Of a DNA stretch of 64,000 nt, positions 58,651 to 64,000 are shown one piece after another. The stretch covers positions 33,178-97,177 of the forward strand of contig JACQKD010000008.1 of NCBI GenBank assembly GCA_016204695.1. The letters run 5' to 3'. The notes beneath the pieces were generated by a model. It searched no databases, was not told the DNA's origin, and saw nothing but the letters and a program-made list of their open reading frames with translations. The stretch is from Candidatus Kaiserbacteria bacterium. Its GTDB lineage: Bacteria; Patescibacteriota; Minisyncoccia; Phycocordibacterales; UBA918. Within the stretch, counting starts at the first letter, position 1, and every line of letters starts with the position of its first letter. The translations under genes were made by a program, and so were the position numbers.

Positions 58651-58694
58651 GAGATCGTCGATGGAGCAGGTATTCTCTCGCTCCCGGTGTGTAA
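57912..58694 (+). CDS. Helical-bundle protein with C-terminal winged HTH
   Basis: ERRNAIKDIL..STIKDI..EKTIQREVISMIKDGLIVKDGDRRWSRY (DeoR-like wHTH). Confidence 0.75.
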   Translation: MDIKRGISFYKSDNLLLSDSAYYKYIFKKTEKIVCTVFYIVEHSDKGQDNTASVSFIESAKRTLDAVLKTLSISSFSAYQDLYAFLHALVSLESATRVAQATGVLSAEIADLLSLEISTVARAVRQYIALERSDAPGIDSFGGLAAEPASTIVGRPERDRARSAQERMYDTSRTPSMTSVQKGPTPKEQTSYKGQHLERRNAIKDILASKGQSTIKDICEKMPEYKEKTIQREVISMIKDGLIVKDGDRRWSRYSLAPGV

Positions 58695-59309
58695 GCGAAA
58701 CTCTATAGTTGGCGGATGCCCTGACACGCATTCTTGCGCGTCTTTCAAACATGTGTGGTAATTGTGTCTTGATGTAAGGGGGGATTGAGGGGTGCGTCCC
58801 CATACCGTAGGGAGCGAGCTGTCCGGAGTGTGCGTGAACATCTCTCGACGGAGCGCTTTGTACAAAGGATATTCCCATGAGACCTTGATTGACAGGTGAC
58901 GATTCGTACCGTATTCTCGCCGCGTGTGCATAGGGTCGGTTTCCGGCCGTAGAAAGCCGGGGGTTGGGCCAACTATCCACAACCATAGGCAGTGAATACG
59001 GCGACGAGGGGAATATACTATTGTGAATCGCTCTTTGAAAATTACATAGAAGAACGAACGGAACGGGCGTCTTCGTGACGTCATACCGCATGACCTTTTC
59101 CTGTGCCGGATGCACTGACAGACACTCAGTCTCATATTTCGCAGCTAATCCGCCTGTGGCGTGTCGATACATAAACCACTCGCGGAATAGTGATGTAGTG
59201 ACTGGTCCCCGTATGTGCGGGGATACCTGTCGCTAATGTGAATTAATTCATATTATCAGTTCTTCATTAATAGTAATTGCCCGATGTACATCGGGTAATA
59301 GATATAGTT

Positions 59310-61361
59310 ATGACTATTACAAACAAAGTTGCAGGAAAGCTCGTAGTGGCTTTTGTTGCAGCAACAATGCTCTTCACGCTTGCGTTTGCGCCGATGGCGC
59401 GCGCGGCGACCAATGAAGAGCTTGAGGCGCAGATTGCGAAACTCCTCGCGGATATCGCGGCGCTTCAGGGACAGACTTCGAGCTCAAGCTCGCAGTCGTA
59501 CACCTTCACCAGCGACCTCACGGTCGGTTCAACCGGTGAAAGCGTAAAGCAGTTGCAGATGTACCTCAACAACAAGGGGTACGCTGTTGCTTCGACAGGA
59601 GTCGGTTCAAAGGGCATGGAGTCAATGTACTTCGGCATGTTGACGAAAGCTGCTCTTGCCAGGTACCAGGCCGCGATGGGCATCAGCCCGGCTGTCGGCT
59701 ACTTCGGCCCGATTACTCGCGCGAAAGTCAACGCGGACATGGTAGTCGTTGTAACGCCGCCATCGGATGATGACGATGATGACGATGATGACACCGCAAA
59801 TGACGATGATGACGATGATGACGACGATGATCTCTCGGGAGATTCCGGTTCGATCGATTCGTACGAGCTCTCATCCGGCTACAGCAACGAGGAAGTCGGC
59901 GAGGATGAGGAAGATGTCATCGTAGCCGGTCTCGATATCGAGAACAGCGACGGTTCGGACATCGAGATCACGGCGGTACGCCTCGTCTTTGACGAAGGAA
60001 CGGCAAACCGCGACTTCGACAAATATGCAAGCGAGGTATCGATCTGGCTTGATGACGAAGAGGTTGGTCGGGTAGACGCCGATGCGTTCACCGACGACAA
60101 CAACTGGACCAAGACCATCACGCTTGATGGCGCGATACTTGACATGGAGGAGACGGGTTCATTGTTTGCAGCCGTCTCGGGCGTATCGAGTCTCGATACG
60201 AACGATGCAGGTGAGACATGGACTATCGACTTCACGTCGGTACGCTTCCGGGATGCGGAAGGTTCTACCATTTCGGAAGACCCGACCGTAGGAGCGACGA
60301 CCTTCTCGTTTGAGACGTTCGCGGCTTCGGCTAACACCGAATTGCACATTACCGAGGGTGATGACGACGCAGAGGAGATCAACGACGCGCACATCATCAA
60401 TGTGCACGCGACCGACGATACCGATGATGTGGAGGTGCTTGCCTTCAACATCGAGATCGAAGGAGATTCCGATGTAAACATCGACGCTCTGCCGATCACT
60501 ATCACCACAGCGGAGGCGGCCAACGGCACCTTCGATGACCCGGATGATGTGATCGACTCTGTCGATCTCTACGCCGATGGCGAAAAGATCGGCTCGGAAG
60601 TACTTTCCACCGCTGACGCAAACGGCGACACGGAGGTAGTACTCTTCGATGATCTCGACTTCGATATCGAGGCGGGAAGCGACGTCGACTTTGTAGTCAA
60701 GGCCGATGTCGTAGATCTTGCTGATGATCTTGATGTCGGCGACACGATTCAGGTTACCTTCGGAGAGACGGAAACCGACCTCGCAACATTCGAGGCCGAG
60801 GATGAGTCCGGCGAGGAGCTCGTGGACGCCGACAAGATCGGCACGATCACTGGAGGCACGCACGAAGTTCGCGACGTCTTCCCGCAGATCGCCCTTGTTG
60901 GAACTCCGACGGCGGTCAAGACTTCGGGTGATTCTGGCGCTACCGCAAACGCGAGAAGCGATATCGGTACGTTCACGATTACCTTTGACGTAACCGGCGT
61001 TGACGGAGACGTCTTCATCGACGAGTCGGCACCGGCTGAAGGCGCTGGTACGGACGAGACCGACCTCAACATCGACGGTGTTGCCACATTCACGAACTCG
61101 ATCACAAGCATTGCCGGAGGTGCGAACGGTCTGGCTGAAGATGTCACCAACTCATTCCGAGTTGATGAGGACGAGACCAACCGCTTCCAGATCGTCGTGG
61201 ACATTCGCGACACTGCTGGTACGGACATGGTTGACGGATTCTTCGACGTGTCCATCGTCAGCATCCTGTATGCTTTGACCGATGTGGACGGCGACCTTCT
61301 GTACACTTCAGATATGGATCGCTTCCAGACGCCTGCGGTCTACCTGGATGACCTCGACTAG
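59310..61361 (+). CDS. Highly acidic surface/S-layer-like protein with peptidoglycan-binding domain
   Basis: Signal peptide (ARA), DLTVGSTGESVKQLQMYLN..YFGPITRAKVN, poly-Asp linker, acidic beta domains. Confidence 0.8.
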   Translation: MTITNKVAGKLVVAFVAATMLFTLAFAPMARAATNEELEAQIAKLLADIAALQGQTSSSSSQSYTFTSDLTVGSTGESVKQLQMYLNNKGYAVASTGVGSKGMESMYFGMLTKAALARYQAAMGISPAVGYFGPITRAKVNADMVVVVTPPSDDDDDDDDDTANDDDDDDDDDDLSGDSGSIDSYELSSGYSNEEVGEDEEDVIVAGLDIENSDGSDIEITAVRLVFDEGTANRDFDKYASEVSIWLDDEEVGRVDADAFTDDNNWTKTITLDGAILDMEETGSLFAAVSGVSSLDTNDAGETWTIDFTSVRFRDAEGSTISEDPTVGATTFSFETFAASANTELHITEGDDDAEEINDAHIINVHATDDTDDVEVLAFNIEIEGDSDVNIDALPITITTAEAANGTFDDPDDVIDSVDLYADGEKIGSEVLSTADANGDTEVVLFDDLDFDIEAGSDVDFVVKADVVDLADDLDVGDTIQVTFGETETDLATFEAEDESGEELVDADKIGTITGGTHEVRDVFPQIALVGTPTAVKTSGDSGATANARSDIGTFTITFDVTGVDGDVFIDESAPAEGAGTDETDLNIDGVATFTNSITSIAGGANGLAEDVTNSFRVDEDETNRFQIVVDIRDTAGTDMVDGFFDVSIVSILYALTDVDGDLLYTSDMDRFQTPAVYLDDLD

Positions 61362-61409
61362 CATCTAGCTAATCTCGGTCTTTCATCTGAACTGACAGGT
61401 CGACGAAAC

Positions 61410-61446
61410 AACAAAAACCGCCCCCTCATTAGGGGCGGTTTTTGTT
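61410..61446 (+). terminator. Intrinsic terminator
   Basis: AACAAAAACCGCCCC / GGGGCGGTTTTTGTT. Confidence 0.8.
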
Positions 61447-61539
61447 GAGAAGCGAAGACTTGGGGCTTCTCAAGATCTTGCGAGCTGTTTTGTGAGTTTT
61501 GCGAAACAAAAGAGCCGCAAGGTGTACTGAATCTGTAAG
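61446..61539 (-). repeat. Family A palindromic repeat
   Basis: Reverse complement CTTACAG..GTACACCTTGCGGCTCTTTTG..CACAAAACAGCTCGCAAGATCTTGAGAAGC.CCAAGT.TTCGCTTCTC. Confidence 0.8.
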
Positions 61540-61604
61540 ATTGTGTCGGGGCCGCATCTGCGCTATGATTGCAACCGTATTTAGAGTAAATAGAAAAAAT
61601 ATCC

Positions 61605-62036
61605 ATGAATATACTGTATAGTCGTACTGCGAAAATCATCGGGGCTGTATTGGCCGTCATCGTATTGGCCGTCATATATTTCTTCATTTTCATCCGGCAG
61701 AGTTCGGAGTATTCGATCGTGTATCTCTCGACCGGAGACACCTATGTCGGACATCTATCGACCTTCCCTCGGCTCACATTGACAGACGGGTATATTCTCC
61801 AGTTTATCAAGCACTCCGACGATCCTTCGAAAGATGCCTACCAACTGACACCCCTGAAGGACCTCGTATGGGCGCCGGAATATCTGTATCTCAATGGGGA
61901 CCAAGTGCTTTTCTCCGGACCATTCTCTGATACGAGCAAGGTCCTGCAGACGATAAACAACCCGACTCCCCCTACTCCGGTGGCCGGTGTCCTTCCGCCT
62001 CCTTCCGCCAAGCCGGCGACGACAACGGAACAATAA
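61605..62036 (+). CDS. Membrane-anchored hypothetical protein
   Basis: N-terminal TM, YSIVYLSTGDTYVGHL, Pro-rich tail. Confidence 0.7.
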   Translation: MNILYSRTAKIIGAVLAVIVLAVIYFFIFIRQSSEYSIVYLSTGDTYVGHLSTFPRLTLTDGYILQFIKHSDDPSKDAYQLTPLKDLVWAPEYLYLNGDQVLFSGPFSDTSKVLQTINNPTPPTPVAGVLPPPSAKPATTTEQ

Positions 62037-62037
62037 G

Positions 62038-62081
62038 AATCAAAAAAACCGCAGACCTTTCATCCTGCGGTTTTTTTGATT
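62038..62081 (+). terminator. Intrinsic terminator
   Basis: AATCAAAAAAACCGCAG / CTGCGGTTTTTTTGATT. Confidence 0.8.
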
Positions 62082-62291
62082 TCCTCTTATCCACAGTCAA
62101 TACTGCGATTTCCTTGCCGTTCATCGTACACTTGTACTATGCAATAAATGCGCGTTGCGCATTGTGTTGTGAAGAACTATGGAGGTAGATTCTATTTTCA
62201 TAGTGCTCATCGAAGATTTTTGCATGGCGCAAACAGCGCGAGGGCACGGATCCTGATGAGGTTATAAACATTATTTATAATTTACACATAA

Positions 62292-63692
62292 ATGAGTACG
62301 ATAATTCAGAGGACAGAAGTCGGAAGGATTGCCCTCGCGTTACTGCTTGTGCTCGCGCTGTGTTTCAGCATAGGCGCGCAGTCGGCGCAGGCGGACGTGA
62401 CGGTTGCCGCAACGTCTGTCGTAAGTGACGGGGCGCTTACGCTCAATGCGGCCGCGGCTTCAAACACCGTGGTTGCAGGCGCGCAAGTTGCCGGAACGGT
62501 GGCTATCGGCGGCGCGGCGGGGACCGGGGCTATCACCCTCGGCTCTTCGACTGCGGCGCAGACAGTGAACATCGCAAACGGCGTCAATGCTGACGCGCAG
62601 GTGGTAAATATCGGAGACGGTGCGACCGCCGCCGCCATGGATATTGACATCTTGACCGGCACGGGTACGGCGGGAGCCAGCACGCTTAACATGGCTGACA
62701 ACCCGCGGGTAACAGCAGTGACACTTGCCAACGGCGCAAATGCCGCAGCCATGACTGTGGACATTGCATCGGCTGCAGCGGCTGCAAACCGCACGGTGAC
62801 GATCTCCGGCGGTGTGCCGACGGCGGGTACGGACACGTTGAACCTCGCGACCGGCAACTACGCCAAGGCGGTAAACATCGCCACCGGTACGCTTGGGAAC
62901 GCGGTGAGCATCTTGACCGGCGTTAACACGGCGGCCCAGACGCTTGATATCGCTGACGGCGCAACTGCCGCAAACATGGATATTGATATCATGACCGGCA
63001 CGGGTACCGCAGGTGCGGGAACTCTCAACATGGCTGACAATCCGCGAGTCACGGCAGTGACGCTCGCCAACGGTGCAAACGCCGCGGCAATGACGGTGGA
63101 TATCGCATCCGGGGCGGCCGCAGCGAACAGGACTGTTACAATCGGCGGTGGTACAGCTACTGCGGGCACAGACACCCTTAACTTGGGTACCGGCGGGGCA
63201 AAGACTATCGTGATTGGTAACGAAACCGGTGCAACAGCAGTCACGATTGACTCTGGTACCGGTGCTATCAACATCGGTGATGCTATCGCAAAGACAATCA
63301 CTGTCGGTAACACCACGGGTGCAACGAGAGTGAACATTAATGCAGGTACGGGACGCATTCACCTTGGAGGCCATCTCGTTTCTGAGGGAGCTGATCCGGT
63401 TGGTGCTCAGACTGGTGCTGGTACGGCTACACTGACGGCTGGTTCTACCGACACGGCAGGTCAGATTGCTTCTGACGCCAATGCCGGTGCGACCGGACTC
63501 ACAGTGACGTTTGCCGCTACCTATACAGCGGCACCGATCTGTCTCGTATCTCCGGCTGATACCGGGGCTTCGGACGCATTCGGCGCGGCTGACGGCGTTA
63601 TTGCAAGCGCTACTGCGACGGTCTTGACCATTACCTTCACTTCACAGAGTGAAGTGACGACATTCAATTATCTCTGTATTAAGAATGAGTAG
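62292..63692 (+). CDS. Secreted Ala/Thr/Gly-rich fibre-like surface protein
   Basis: Signal peptide (AQA), short beta-strand/turn repeats, internal duplication with 113-aa period. Confidence 0.75.
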   Translation: MSTIIQRTEVGRIALALLLVLALCFSIGAQSAQADVTVAATSVVSDGALTLNAAAASNTVVAGAQVAGTVAIGGAAGTGAITLGSSTAAQTVNIANGVNADAQVVNIGDGATAAAMDIDILTGTGTAGASTLNMADNPRVTAVTLANGANAAAMTVDIASAAAAANRTVTISGGVPTAGTDTLNLATGNYAKAVNIATGTLGNAVSILTGVNTAAQTLDIADGATAANMDIDIMTGTGTAGAGTLNMADNPRVTAVTLANGANAAAMTVDIASGAAAANRTVTIGGGTATAGTDTLNLGTGGAKTIVIGNETGATAVTIDSGTGAINIGDAIAKTITVGNTTGATRVNINAGTGRIHLGGHLVSEGADPVGAQTGAGTATLTAGSTDTAGQIASDANAGATGLTVTFAATYTAAPICLVSPADTGASDAFGAADGVIASATATVLTITFTSQSEVTTFNYLCIKNE

Positions 63693-63780
63693 TCATTCTG
63701 TTCTTAAGTGCTTGATTAGAAACACAACGCGAGATTACACATTTGGTCGAATCTCGCAGGCATAAATCTTAAAAACACAA

Positions 63781-64000
63781 ATGATTACACAGAAAATAGA
63801 ACTGCAGTCAGGATTGCGACTTGGATTGCTGGCGGTACTGTTCGTAGCGGCAGCGCTCGCACTCGGCTGGGCTCCGCAGGCGCATGCGCAGGCGGTCAGC
63901 TACACGGCTGATTCGAGTGTCACGGTCAACGGCTCGGACTACAAGATCGTGAGTGGCTCGGCGGCCACCTCGGTGGTGGTCGGCGCGACGACGGTCACCG
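63781..64000 (+). CDS. Secreted protein (3'-truncated by window)
   Basis: MITQKIELQSGLRLGLLAVLFVAAALALGWAPQAHA signal peptide, open to the window end. Confidence 0.7.
   Translation, partial: MITQKIELQSGLRLGLLAVLFVAAALALGWAPQAHAQAVSYTADSSVTVNGSDYKIVSGSAATSVVVGATTVT

Noticed and set aside
62087-62095. oriC at the DnaA box TTATCCACA
   Set aside because: Isolated box, with no box cluster or dnaA gene nearby.
62250-62275. CTGATGA in the leader of the fibre gene as a hammerhead
   Set aside because: No stem II followed by GAAA.

Overview
Chromosomal window of a Patescibacteria (CPR) bacterium, most likely Parcubacteria. Evidence: TGA is used as stop (code 11), there is a type IV prepilin cluster, GlyRS is the alpha2 type, IleRS is type 2, rplK has no rplA after it, EF-P is divergent, and there are CPR-style peptidoglycan-binding surface proteins. 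Mostly housekeeping: ligA, gatCA, nrdAB, lemA/htpX, secE-nusG-rplK, folA/thyA/glyA, argS, ileS, glyQS, metG, rpsF-ssb-rpsR, efp, recA, ftsK, plus 3 tRNAs. The most interesting signals are non-coding or hidden in coding DNA: (1) a promoter-driven two-ORF unit at 33.2-34.6 kb, where each orphan ORF has a copy of the same covarying structured leader and a near-canonical hammerhead ribozyme separates the two; (2) a winged-helix gene divergent from ftsK whose own DNA carries nine TAAAGGAC octamers in different frames and strands; (3) a terminator/antiterminator leader (candidate riboswitch) before a VUT-transporter/CofE-like ligase/glyA operon in a folate-thymidylate cluster; (4) dispersed palindromic mini-elements, two read in-frame inside prepilin leader peptides and several sitting on stop codons; (5) many apparently leaderless genes. 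All calls were made by eye from the sequence and ORF track; no searches or folding were run.
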